Source of the DNA: Phoronis australis
Lineage: Eukaryota > Animalia > Phoronida
Assembly (NCBI GenBank): GCA_002633005.1
Contig: NMRA01000171.1
Location: forward strand, 478,669-542,668
DNA: 64,000 nt
Direction: 5' to 3'
Part shown: one piece after another, positions 25,901 to 39,600 of the stretch
Position numbering within the stretch: the stretch's first letter is position 1
Layout: each line of letters opens with the position of its first letter
Made by a program: the position numbers and the translations under genes
The notes under the pieces: generated by a model
The model's database searches: none
The model's input: only the letters and a program-made list of their open reading frames with translations
Told to the model about the DNA's origin: nothing

Positions 25901-28330
25901 TTTCACTGTTCAAAAACCATTACATTTTATTGTGTTGTACTGTGATTGAAGTACCAACTCCGATCACGAGCAGCTAGGGAGGACATATGACATTTCCGCC
26001 AACTTTCTATTTTAGGGTTGGACACTTAACGTGGAAAGACTCTCTCTAAGTCGAGGATGTTTTCGCAGTTCTGGTTTGTAACGGAAATGGAATTATATCA
26101 CCTGAAGATTAAGGAATGTTAGGAGACTGATTTTAGTGAGCATGAAGACCAAACTCCATTTTTCTGATTTGGCTACTTCAGTGTAAAACATTGCCGGGAC
26201 CCGAGCATTCATGCAGTAAAACTATACTCGAGAAAACAGGCAAAGTAAAAATACTCATGTTAACTGCCGATTGCGAATCAAAGTACACACAGTTCAACAA
26301 TGAAATCACACAGCAATGACATGTAAGAAAATGTAATGCAAAGTACTAAGAAACGCCAGGCCAATATAACAAGAAGCAAGCATAGGACGATCGTACCCCG
26401 TCGCTTTTTGTTTGAATTTAGATTGCAACGTCCTCTACAAAAAAAACCCAACAAAATCATGACTACGTCTTATCAAAGTCGGAAATCTAAAACAAAATTG
26501 AAAGAACTCATGAAATATTTCGATTCCGCAAGTTTGATGACGTCACAGCACACTTGGTCCGGGCGAATGGCGAGACCGGACCAAGTAAATCTGCAATCAA
26601 AAAGACAGTGTACTGTAAAAAATGGTTGATAACTTTCTAAAGACACGTAGAAGAGATAATGGTTTTGTTGGAGCTGCTTGGTACATGTCAAATGTAATTA
26701 ATTATTTTTCATTGGCGTCAACTATGCCTTATAGACTTCGTGGTAGCCAACCCTGCGCCGGCACTCGGTCCGGCCAGTGACGAGACCCGACCAAGTAATT
26801 CTGCAAGCAAAAATGCAGTGTATGGAGCTGTAAAAATTGCTTGACAACCTTCTAAAGACACGTAGAAGAGGTTAGGGTTTTGTTCTAAATGCTGGCTACA
26901 TGTGAAATGAAATTAATTACTTTTCATTGAACATCAACTTGTTGTGTGGACCTCCTGAGCCAGCCCAAGTAAAACTTAAAAAGAAACTTCATGTTTTGAG
27001 ACGCAAACAGCATCTTGCTTTGTTGTGTGGAATTGGTGTGAAGTTGTTAACGATCAGTTATTACAAATATAGACGAAAATTTTACGACTCAGAATTGTCG
27101 AAACATCGAAAGCCTGCTGCCGTGGTTCCGGCAGCGCCACACTCGAGGTGTCAATTCAAGTGAGCAATACAAGAAAAGCAAATGGTTCATTAACAGTGAA
27201 AAGAACGAGAAACTATTTTAGCAGAAGCGATCTTTGAAGAAAAAATTAAATATTGCCATTCATTGAGTTTGATGACGTCACAGTGCACTCGGTTCGGGTC
27301 GGTGGAGACCGGATCAAGTAAACTTGCCTGCAAAACTACAGCGTATCGAGTAGTAAAAATTTTTGATAACTTTCCAAAGACTTGTATCAGAGGTTATTGT
27401 TTTGTTGGCACTGCTGGGTACATGCCAAATGAAATTAATTACTTTTTTCATTGCGCCAAGTATGTCCGGCGTCTAAACTATGTACTTGATAGCCAGTGCA
27501 ACTGTAAAACTTAAAAAGAAACTTTAGATTTTGAGATGCTAATGGGGTGTCAGTGACTGTATTCTGTGGAACGAATAAAGGTGTTAATGATCACTTATTA
27601 CAAATATAGACAAAAATTTTGCCACTGAGAATTATCAAAACATCGGTAGTTGCATGCCTCATAGTACTCTAGGCTCGGCGGCAGCCCCGGCGGCCGGGTG
27701 CCCCGGTGGCACTCGCGAAACCAAATGAACGATACAAGAAAACGTAATGGTGAAAAGCAGGAAAAACGATTCCAAAAATCGAGGTTCTGAACAGAAGAAG
27801 GGTCATTGAAGAAAAAGTCAAAGAACTTGTGAAATATTTCTATTCTGCGAGTTCGATAACGTATAGCCTACGTCACCTTACCAAGTAAACCTGCAAGCAA
27901 AAGTACTGCATATTCAGCCATGAAATCTGGTTGATAACTCTCTAGGGAAAAGCGGATGCAAAGAGTGAAATCATGTGAAATCTAAGTGTTTGATTTGTCT
28001 TCGTTGTGCATTTTGGCTCCAGTTCGCCCTGGATGGCTCAGTAACTTAATTACTCTATTATCGGTTTGCTCAAAGGATTGAAATAAAGATTTTTGTCGAC
28101 CACATATGTTTTTGCACCATATGGGTTACTCAAATGATAAAAAGCCCATGAAAATGAATAGCGAAGCTGCATTTGCCAGACCTGTTTGCTATATCAATAT
28201 GGTAAACATTCAGATATCAACGGTACATTGTCACTTAGTCGAAGGTATCTACTTGGTCTGCGAGGTCCGACCGTGTAAGCCGACCAAGTTAACTTGGTCG
28301 GGTGGCTTACTTGGTCTGCAACACGGACAT
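22941..28330. mobile_element. Foldback-like element with long modular inverted arms (about 5.4 kb)
   Basis: 22941-23230 is the reverse complement (diverged) of 28050-28330, and 23560-23700 of 27880-28010. The subunit marker GCAGGTTTACTTGGTC is forward at about 23682 and 25738 and reversed at about 26579, 26789, 27312 and 27880. Confidence 0.75.
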
Positions 28331-28987
28331 TGAATTGGATTTGCCTTATATTAGTCCACTAGAAATATGTTCCTTGCGGAAGCCGTGTGTACTTCGTTAA
28401 TTGATTTTTACACAGGCTAAGGAAGACGTCTTTCTGTATCGTCAACATTGGTCTAGTTTCTTTTGTTTGGAGCACAGGTATCCTCAGCTACTGATCGTCC
28501 TCATTACACTAAATTATACTACAAGGTATGACACTCGGGACAAGGAATTCCACGGGTGCTTCACTTCAGCCGCAAAACTCAATAAATTTACACAAAACAT
28601 GATGTGGAGCAGGGAATTACCTCAGTAGGGATGACTGACTGCAATAGAACACTGGCTGAAATAAACTATTGTGGACTGAAACTGGTGATTTTTCGATTTG
28701 TTTGATTTCTGAAATTGAAATTTCCCTTAAAAATATGTTGGAATGTTACTTCCTGTAGAAATGGAGTAATAATAACCATAAATGACCAGTTAAGATACTG
28801 TTCACGAAAGTAATTCCACTGCATGGGCTTTGGCTACTGGGGTACTTTAAGGGGATTTTGATTTTGAGGTTTAACAAAAAATCACAAGAATGCTTCACAA
28901 TAGACTATAGGTTATTATCTGATCTTTCGTCTGGATAGTTAGAACTGTAGAGGGGATAATGGAATGTATGTTACTCATCCAGTTGTG

Positions 28988-29877
28988 ACATAATGCAAAT
29001 CAAAAATAAATCAATATCTGGACTTACTGATGACGTAGCCTCCCCATCTACAGATTGACTGAAACTGAATTCAGGGCTGGGGTGTTGGCCTTGGCGAAGA
29101 TACTTGTCACGTGTGTTGTGACAATTTCTTTGGTTGGTAACGTAATACACTATTCCTCACAGCTGATAGATTATGTCTCAGTCCTCCATGTTTGTTGAGG
29201 CTGGGTACTCATTTCTTTTGTGAATTGCTTCTCTCACACCACGGAAAAACCAGTCCACCTCAGCATCAAGGATCACCACATTTTCCGTAGAAAAACCATG
29301 GTCTGATGCATACAAATGACTGATCACTGCTGAGTCATAATTATCTCCATACCTAGGGCGACAGTGTTGATAAACCAGGAGCCTGCTTCATTTCACCAAC
29401 ATGGGACACTGCAGACACCTGTTGTTCCCACACCTTATCCCATATACAACATTGGAAGTAGGGTTTAGCAATACACCGTGGCCCTAGCTATGGAGATAAC
29501 TATGACTCAGCAGTGTTTAGTCATCTGCATGCATCAGACCATGGTTTTTCTATGGAAAATGTGATGATCCTTGATGCTGAGGAGGATTTGTTTTTCTGTT
29601 GGGTGAGAGAGACAATTCACATGCGAGAGAATTGAGTCCCCCAGCCTAACAGACACAGAGGACTGAGACATAATTTATCAGCTGTGTGGAATAGTGTATT
29701 ACGTAACCAACCAAAGAAATTAGGTATGTCACAACCTAGATGACAACAATCCTCACCTAGGCTGACACCCCAGCTCTTCGGCTTCAGTTGATCTGTAGAA
29801 GTATACGAAATGGGTATGCTTCGTCATCATTAGGGTACAGTAAATACAGAAATTTATTTATGCTGATTTGCATTATG
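28988..29877. mobile_element. Inverted pair of Penelope-like element fragments (GIY-YIG endonuclease C-terminus and pLTR): minus copy about 28988-29380, plus copy about 29482-29877
   Basis: The plus copy translates to DSAVFSHLHASDHGFSMENVMILDAEED.F...VRETIH and, after frameshifts, GLRHNLSAVWNSVL. The minus copy gives DSAVISHLYASDHGFSTENVVILDAEVDWFFRGVREAIH. Both are typical of the C-terminal half of the PLE GIY-YIG domain. Confidence 0.8.
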
Positions 29878-30606
29878 TAGAGGGGGTATTTGTAACTACC
29901 TAACCTTTTGCCGACAGCCACTGGTACAAGTTCTGAAAAGGTACATGCATCACTGTACCGTGACGAACTGGTAGCACTTTAAGAGACGATACGTCTGAGC
30001 CAGCTATGTAGCTGTGCATGACTTAAAGCCACCAAGAAGTAAACGCTTCAGTGATTTAGGCAACTTGTATATACCAACAAATTAGTTGGTCCAAACCTGT
30101 TCCTTATTCAGATAAGAAGTGATTTCATTCTAAACAAAGAACATGATTCTTTAACACTGCATGTTTGCCTCATTATGATGTGCTGTGACAAGCCATTTTG
30201 CAGAGCCTGCATACCTAACTGTCGGGTTTTTTAAATCCTGATGTCACTGCAATTTGATAAGGAACAGTTTGAGACCAGTTTCATAATGTCAAGTGATCTA
30301 ATTCAAAAGTTGACTTGTGATGGAAGGCAGGTTTATAGCTGCTTTAAGACAAAGCTTAGCTCTAGGAATCGATGTGGGTTTATAGTTGGCAATAAGCAAG
30401 GCTCACTTCTCTGGTTCACCACAACTCTACTTAAGGCCCTTTCAATCATCTGGTAACGTCTTTATCTGATACGTCAGCAGGGAAACTCAATTACTAAAAC
30501 ACTAAAATATACCTGTTTCAATGTGTGGGGTTTCAGATTCATGACAACAGTTGATTGATGTCATTCCATTTATTTTTTAGTGAAGTTTGTGTGCTGATAG
30601 AGAGAG

Positions 30607-33600
30607 ATGTCTTCTGGTAAGTAAAAAATTATTTAATGTTAAAACAGGCTCGATATAATGAGTTGCATGTCGTATGTGCAACTTGGGAAATCAAACTCAT
30701 GCAAACTGGCTTTTTCACACTTTTCTCCATAACACAGAGGCAACGTGTGAATTGGGTTATTGTAAAATATTGCAACAGAATCGGTTAACTTACAGCTGCC
30801 ACAGTTGCCAAATCAAATGTGAAAGAATAGTTGACTTGCTGATGGCGTGTTTTCTTTTTTATTTTACTCCTTAATATTTATGAGCTGTAACTTGTGAGTG
30901 CAACCTGGATTCTAGAAATGCAACATAAAATTTTGGCTATGTAGCCAGTGACGACCTACCGATGTCGAAGGCTGTTTCATCTGCCATGGATTTTTGCGTT
31001 TCACATTTTGCTAGAAACACGACACTTGCTGCAACAGGTTTAAGCACAAACTGAAATATCATACAACTTGCAAAGAAACACGTTGCTGTTTTGCATGATC
31101 TGAACTTGAAACGTATAGTTTACTTCGGATTTATCACATCAAATGTTCATGATATCCTTCATGGTGTCATAGTTGATGTTTCTGTCGTCTTACAATATGC
31201 AAAGAAAAAGCTTCTGCGAGTTGGCCAGAATTATGGTTATGTACTATTTAATGGCAGAGGAATCCAGGGATTTTTGGTGTTTAAATATCAAATGGGAAGC
31301 TGGTTACTTATAAATTCAATACCGCAAGACCTTGAGTCATTATTGAACACACGTTAGCGCAGCATTGGTAGAAATTGCCAGATCGTGCAGGTTCAATAGC
31401 CTTTGTAATTTCTTGAGAACAACGGGAAAACTTAATTTACTCACAAGGAACCCCATGCTGAGGGATCACCTTAAGTCTTAATCAGGTGCTTGAGTGCAAT
31501 GGGCCCACCTGTGAACCCATTGCACCAGACCACCTCTCTATATTTTTAGCCTAGCATCCCCAAATTTGAAGAAGTATAGCCACTGATGTTTCTTGTCCTT
31601 GTTGTCTTGTGCAGATGAAGAGGATACTCACCAGTGTGGTCGGTGCAAGCAGCTGTTTCACGACCTGCAACAATACCTGCAGCATAGGGGTAAGAAATCT
31701 TGTCGGAAGGTCAAAGTTCAGCCAACTGTTGAGAAGGAACCTGAAGCTGAACAAAATGGAACCTCAAACACGTGGACCGACCAAGGTAGGCAGGAGAGGG
31801 CAGTCGGAGGTGGGCCTGTTGGGAATATGGTGAAGTTGACTGAGGCTGAGTCTACTCACGTTACTGATACTGTGGACTATGGTGCTGGTGGCGACGCTAC
31901 AAGTACACAAGGTAGGCATTTATAATTGGCTAATTGGTGATTTTTCTCTCATTCTAAACCCTTTTGACGAGTGGCGTAACATCAATTCATGCAGGTTTTG
32001 GACACTACGTCACTATTTGCGTCAACCCAAATTAACCGCTACAGTACAGTGTACAGCGTTGCACTCTCCATTATCCATCTGTGGCCATCTCCACAATCCA
32101 TCATCATCACTAGTGTTTTGTGTTCAGTTTTGCCAAGCGTCGCTCTCCAGCTTTCATCTTGTTTACTCCTTGCTGCTTATGCTCAGAGTGGTTGAGAAAC
32201 TGGCAATAGTTCTTACAAAGGTCTACAATGTTGAGAATCAGTTTGTTGCCTATTATTCGGTGGTGATAATTGGTTATAAAAATGCGGGACCTCTCTAAGT
32301 GACTTTTACCATGTAGCTCATGTTTTCCTTGATTGTGGTGACATGGTGTCACAAACTGGCCAAGATGGTCATTGTGAAATGTAAGAAGTCTCATTTTAAT
32401 TAACTAAATTTTTTATCATTTGAAAAGTTTGGAATAGTAATTGAGCGATTAATTTTCACATATGTTGGAAATAAAGTGCTGCAAATATTATTCATCTGGT
32501 TTATCTTTTCACAAAAAAATCATTTATATCACATGAAATTAAAGCCTTAAAATGTTGTGCGGGACAATTTGATCATCCTGTGACTATTTTGTTTATGTAA
32601 ATATTGACTCGTTAAACGAAATCACATAAAATGACAAGAGAATTACTGTTCTGTAGGCAGAAAGATGATTGTGTTAGGTTTCATTTCTTGCTGTAGTGTT
32701 TGAACATGCAGTAACCCAACGAGTATCTCCAAATTATGTAAGTCAGGGTAAGTCTGTACTATAACCAATGCCACAACACAGGTAACTTTGTTTCAGGGAT
32801 ACCAGAGGCAACGCTAAAACCAAGGACCAACAGAAAACGAAAAAGGCAATTTCCAAAACAGAAGGCCGATGCAGAGGTTATTTTTCCTGTTGCTAAAGAG
32901 GTGGTTACGGGAACCAAACGTAAGCTGCGGACACGCAGCTCCACCCTGTGCCTGGTTTGTGGAATCAAATTTCCAACGGTAAAAGAATTGGAGGAACACA
33001 GAATAACAGAGCACGAAAACAATGACGACATCAAAACTGCTGAAACACTAATTGAAGAAATGGATGAAGATATCACAGCCACAACCAAAGAAGTGGCTCG
33101 CACTAGACGCGCGCGAAAACCAAAATCGCTCGGCAAAACTCGAGTGTTCGCTTGTAAAGAATGTGATGAAACTTTCAATCGCAGCTATCTACTCAAAGCT
33201 CATGTGAGAAGTTCGCACCGGTTTGTTAACAAGACCACTCACGTGTGCAAATGGTGTGGTGCCAAGTTTGATAAGCTGTTCGCGTGTAAAAAGCACATTC
33301 GTATTGTGCACAAGGTGCCTGACATCACGGCCAGCAAGTGTCCTGTATGCAATCGTATGCTCAAGTCTCACTTCCATGTTAAGAGACATATGGATACTCT
33401 TCATATGCCCGTTGGAGCAGATGAATATTGGTCCGACAGTGCCGCAGATGAAGAGGAAATCAGTACAGCTGATGCTCAAGGTTAGTCCATAATCGGTACA
33501 CGTGATGCTCAAGGTTAGTCCATAATCGGTACACGTGATGCTCAAGGTTCGTCCATAAGTTCTCAGTTAAGATTATGTAGAACCGTAGAAAATTGTCCAA

Positions 33601-36600
33601 GTTTGGCTTTCTTCAAAATATCTGTTCTCAAAAAGGGAATGATCGAATTCATATGATACTTTCACGAAATATGATTTGTGCACAGTTCTCCAAATTGCTA
33701 AATTAGGAATTAAAATATACCACTTTTGCGTGAGAGCCTATGAAAAAATAAGTCTTATAATTTTATGAACAAATTCAAAAATTGTTTAAACAAAAACAAA
33801 ATGGTGATTAAGAAATAGTGACAGTGTTTCTGAAATTTCAACTAGAGAACCTATATCAAACGAAATTTGGACAATGTAGTTGCATACCGCGTTTTGGCTA
33901 TGAATTGTACCTTTATTTTTTGTTTGATTTTACCAAAAAGACATGGTCAAATGACCCAATTAATGACAGATTGGTATAAAGTCAAAATTTTACAGACTTT
34001 CCTCATTCAGAAATTATATACTCTTATACCACAATATTAGCGTCAAATGGCAGATAAAACCGTGTAATAACCCATGAAGTTATCTCACTAGTGAGATAAC
34101 GATTTGGCGGGAAACCGAGGACGGAGTCGAACCCGGGACCTTGGTATTGCTGATCACCGACTTTAACCACTACACCACGCAGCGACTGACGTCCTCAAGA
34201 GTGAAAATAGAATACTTAAATGAGCACGCGCAATAATCGCCCGTTCAACAAACCGCATTGTACTGTACTTATACGCTACGAAACATAAGACACATAATTG
34301 CCATAAAAATGATATCTTAATTCAGTGAAATTTTTCTCTCATGTCCTCTTACTTGTAAATCACCGATCTCCAGTTTGAATGCGGGTATCGTGTCGTCAGG
34401 ATCTTTGTCTTGAGAATTATATTCAGTTACCAGTGGTAACCTACTTTAGCAGACGATAATTTCCCGGTCGAAGCTTAGCGTGTAAAAAACGTGTTTTAAG
34501 CTCTAATAGTTGCTTAACCTTAATTTAGAGATTCCCTTCATTTCTATTTTGTTTTAATTTCCAATTGTTTTTGAGTATAAGCATTATTTGACAAAAATAG
34601 CTCGGCTTTTCTTAAAAGGTCACGACCTCCGACCCCGGGCCTCTGACATAGAAAGTAGTTACAAAGCCGAGGCGAGTCGAGAAAGGTAGATCGATTCATT
34701 GCAATGTTTCTCGTTTAGTATGTGGTATAAATAGATTATTACATGTTCTCAGTCGTTATCCCCCTTATCTAGAGCCCTCGTGGATTTTGTAGAATTATCA
34801 CCCTCGGGGCTNAGTGTTAAGTTTCCCCAGTCAAATCCCTACATTATTTGCTATCCCCTGAGAGACATATGGCCTGTATAATTGAAAAGCTGATGCAAAA
34901 TGATACCGATCCTATTGGTTTACCATGAAAAAACAGGTTACAGGGGAATAGTATTTTTATGCGCCCACATATTTGTAGATGCATTATGCCGTCATCTCCG
35001 TCCGTCCGAGCGGCATCCGCTGCTCTATCTCCAAAACCTTTTGACATATGTTCATGAAATTTGGCATATATGTTCCATTCATGAATGGGACGGCATGAGT
35101 GAACTTTCGAACGGATCCGACTACTGGTGTGGCCCCTAATGGCACTTTTAGTTTTTTACGCTTACCTTTGTATCTTCAAAAGTCCTGAACAGATTTTCAT
35201 AAAATTTGGTATGTAGGCACCTATTAGTGAGATGATGCTATCCTCCCGTTTTCGGATGGTTTCGATGTAGTTTGCGCCACCTAGTGGCCGTTTTTATTGT
35301 TTTCGTGTCTGTTTTTTGTGTCCACCCCTCTATCAACCAAACTGCTCAAAGGATGATTGTGAAAATTGGCTTGTATGCGCTTACTATAAAGAGGACGGTT
35401 GATGATGATTTTCCGACGATTTCGACTACTGTGGCGCCTCCTAGTGGCAGTTTTGTTTTTTTGCGCCTATGGCTGTATCTCCTAAACCGTTCTCAGGATC
35501 TTTACGAAATTTAGTAAGTATATTTATATGATGTTAACAACTGACGATGACCACTTTTGGACAGATCCAACTGCTGGTGTGCCCCCTAGTGGCAATTTTA
35601 GTTTTTCACATTTAACTCAGTATTTTCAAAGGTCCTCAACAGATTTTCATAAAATTTTAAATATAGGCATCTATTGGACGCTATCTTCCTGTTTTTGGAT
35701 GGAATCGAGGTATTTTGCACCACCTAGTGGCCATTTTTGCTGTTTTCAAATCTTGTTTTTGGTGTCCACCCCTGTCTCAACCAGATCATTTGAAAATTGG
35801 CATATACGTTCTCAGTGTGAAGATGACCTTTGATGATGATTGACTACTGTGGCGCCTCCTAGTAGTAGTTTTGTTTTGCGCCCATAGTTGTATCTCTTAA
35901 ACCCACTGTAGGAGCTTTACTAAAGTTAGGAAGTGTATTTATATGAAGATAACAACAGACGACGATGACTTTCAGGCGGATCCAACGGACACTGTGCCCA
36001 CTAGTGGCAATTTCATTTTATTCTGTTTAATTGTTTCTCTGAAGTTCCTTGACAGATTTTTATGAAATATGGCATGTTCCTGTTTTTGGATGGATTGCAT
36101 GTTTTTGCGCCATTTAGTGGCCATTTTTATGATACAAATAAATAACCCTAAAAGCACACCATTTGCGATGCATTCGTGGGCGCATTTCAACGCTCCGCGT
36201 TGCTCTTATTAATGTGTCTAAGATAATCACTGATTTGTATTTTTAGTAAAAATAGCATCAAAGTCATTCTGCTTTGAAAATATTAATCGCACGAACAGTT
36301 TTGTCATTAGCAATTTGTTCCTGTTTCAGCTTTTCATTTTTTATGGAAAGCAGTTGAAAATGAAAGGTCATCACTTTTTGTTGAATTTATGTTTTCAGTT
36401 GAATCTTGTGACAAAAGTGAGAATACTCCATCAAATGAATGTGATGAGGTAGGTTATGACGTGATGCTAATCTGACAGTATTAAACTAAAGGCACATTTT
36501 CGACGAGAAAAGTAATTTTTCAAATATTAGCCTTAGTGTGGAATTGAACCTACTAGCTTGGCATAAGCGCCAAACACAGTCTGCCGCTGAGAAAAATCCC

Positions 36601-39600
36601 ACATGGTAAATTGGGAGTATTTTAAGCATATTAAAATGGTAACGAGACTGGCTTCATTTCAGGGAATGTCTGTGAGACAATGGTGAGAATTGGTAATTTG
36701 TGGTAAAATCAATTACACGATGCATTTTGTAGCTCTATTCAAAGTTAATACGTAACTGTACGAAGTCCAACAATGATCCAAAAAGTGCATATTTGGCTGA
36801 AAAACTGATGATGTCTTTTTAAGCTTCGAAGAATCTCATAACTGAAGGGTAGTCACTGCATTGAGCAGAATTGAGATGTTATCGACAAAAGACTTAAACT
36901 AGATAATTCCATGTCCTGGGCCAGGGACTAATCGCTGTACTTTAAACTTAACCAATTAAATGCCTTGTGTCTTGCTTCCAGTAAACTCACAAATTTGTTC
37001 TGTAATCTTCTAGCTTGATTGGTTACATTTGAATCTGAGCCTCAATCAAGTCTGGATGCAGAGATGAGATCCTAGAACCTGATGTTATTTATTAAATAAC
37101 TGTCATGCAAATGTTCTGTGTGTTGCAGTCTTGCGTAGTTGGTTGACAAAAGTAGTGTCTGAACACATAAAGCGCTATAAAAAAGGCTGTTAGATGCCTT
37201 TCAGTTCTCATTTTCCTTCTTATTTTATGTATTTTTGCTGATTTTTTAAATACATTAGCTACTTCACGTTTTCTTACTGCAATGGATTTACCTTTCACCA
37301 CTCACTTTTGTCTTGTTTTTTTACTGAGATGGTTGCCTTGTCGTAAACCGACCTGGGTTGTTTCAAATTTATCGAAGTTGAACATGAATTATTAGTAGAC
37401 AAGCTGTGCATGTCTGTTTCAGATTGTCTCTTGTTTTGTCTGCTGCACCTTCTGTCCTGGACGTAAGGCGTTTCACCAACACTTGAAGTGTCACCGCATC
37501 TGGATCGCCGATCCGAGCAAACAGCCAGAGAAATCTGTTGTACCCGATTCTGAAGAGAATGCCATTCCACCAAGCGAGATGATCTCTTACGCTGCTCACC
37601 AGGGCGGCGTATTGAATAGTAGCTACTACGAACACAACACCGACAACAATGCTCTTACTACTGAAATCTCCATGCACAATTCTACAGCAACTTCTGGGCT
37701 TGTTTCCGAAGCTAACACAGTCATCAATCCGAAAACACCCGAGGGCACTGTCATGTACAGTAGTTTGGAGGTGCCATCTTCCAATAGCCAGGCTGCACAG
37801 ATCAACCAGATGATACAGGAACAGGCGGTACTCAATATACTACAAGAGATGGGTCAAGCTGCCCAGCTTATGAATAGGGTGGGGAGTGGGACAACAGGCA
37901 CTCAAATAACTGGTGAAGGGGTAAGGGGGGAAGTTCAGGGGCAGGGAGTGCTGAACATGTTTCAGGAGATGGACCAGGCCAGCCAACTTGTGAATTCGCC
38001 ATCAATACAAGCTGATGCTAAGGCTGGGCAAGACTCAACGCAGAATGGGATCATGAACACTCAGGTATATTACTTCACAGATGATGCATACTGTAACTGA
38101 CAAGCACCAGGCACCAGGTCTTGTCTCTGCACTCGAAACTAAACTGTGAAATAGACCAACTGTATGTCACGTTTTGGATAATTTTAAATATTTATACTCA
38201 AATCATGCAGTGTGATTGGTTGATTTGGCATCCAAGTCTTAAAGTTTGAAGACAGGAATCTGGGGATGGGAATAGTATTAAGTCTGAAATATGTGATGTT
38301 CCGAGTATGAATGAACACACTTCTAGAAATGTACTTTCACTTGTCTTAGCTTTCTTCACCTGCACAGCTTTTTCACATCCCACCAAGACTTCTCTAGGAC
38401 TGCCACTTAGTAATAGTTGGATATAATGTGCCCACATTTTGAGAACCAATTTTCTCCACTACATAACAGGCATCATGAAACTGGTTCACAAAATGTGGGA
38501 ACTTTTTATTCGACTATAATTGCCCAGTCACTTCCACTGTCTCAAAATGTCATGTTTTATAGAGTTTGAATGGGGGACTTATATTTTTAATAAAAAACAA
38601 AACCAAAAATCAACCTTTGCTGTCCTGTTTACAGAACAATAACTACCTATTTGATAAAAATTTCTGCCTAGTGTTAGTGTTTTTCCATCCAAGAAAAGCA
38701 ACGGTATGAATAATTTTGTCTTGCGACAACTGATATGTCTATTAATTGCTTGTTATTTTCAGTTGCCATCTGACCCAGCCCAGTTACAGGCATTTAACAA
38801 CTCAAAGATAGGCGACCAGTCAGCTGTGACTGTCCAGTCAGTCAAGGAACAGTCTGAGATAGATGACACTGTCCGTAGTGTCCTCAGTGTCGAGCATGCT
38901 AACTTTGTCTGCCCGTACTGCTGTAAGCTGTTTGCAAAATGCAGTGAAATGCACACCCATTTCAGAGAAGTACATTCTTTGATTCCTGTATATCGGTGTG
39001 TTAAGGAGTCTTGCCACATAGTATTTAGAGACATCGGGGACTATATAGTGCACAGCTCGGAACATTCCCAACTAGCGTTTGTTTGCTGCATCTGCAACGA
39101 GCACTTTGAGAGTCTTGAGTCACAGAACTTGCATAAGGCAAATGAGCATCGGAACGTGCACAAGACTGGCTTCTACAGCACGGGTCTACGCTGTAACACA
39201 TGCCATCGATTCTTTCCCAGTCTGGATCAGCTTCACTACCACATGAAGCATGACCCACATTCACACCAGTGTACTATCTGTTCTAAGGTTTTCAAGTCAC
39301 ACAGTGAGCTTGTCTACCATGAAATGTCCCACACAGGCAAAAAGGAGTACCTATGTGATGAGTGCGGCGCTAAGTTTGTCAACAAACCAGCACTGAGGAA
39401 ACACCAGCGAACGCACAATCCGTCCAAAGTATATGTGTGTGATATCTGCGGCACGCCATTTAACAAGCGGGAACACCTGAGGCGTCACATGGTCACCAAG
39501 CACAGTAATGAAAAACCGTTCAAATGCACGTACGCAGACTGCACAAAGGCATTTAAGCGCTCAGATAAACTCAGTGAGCACTTACGCATGCACACAGGGG

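Noticed and set aside
29020-29070. CTGATGA...GAAA as a hammerhead ribozyme core
   Set aside because: It is antisense to the Penelope fragment, and I could not build the required flanking helices.
34111-34186. Functional tRNA gene
   Set aside because: A and B boxes are present, but the acceptor stem does not pair and the anticodon stem is imperfect.
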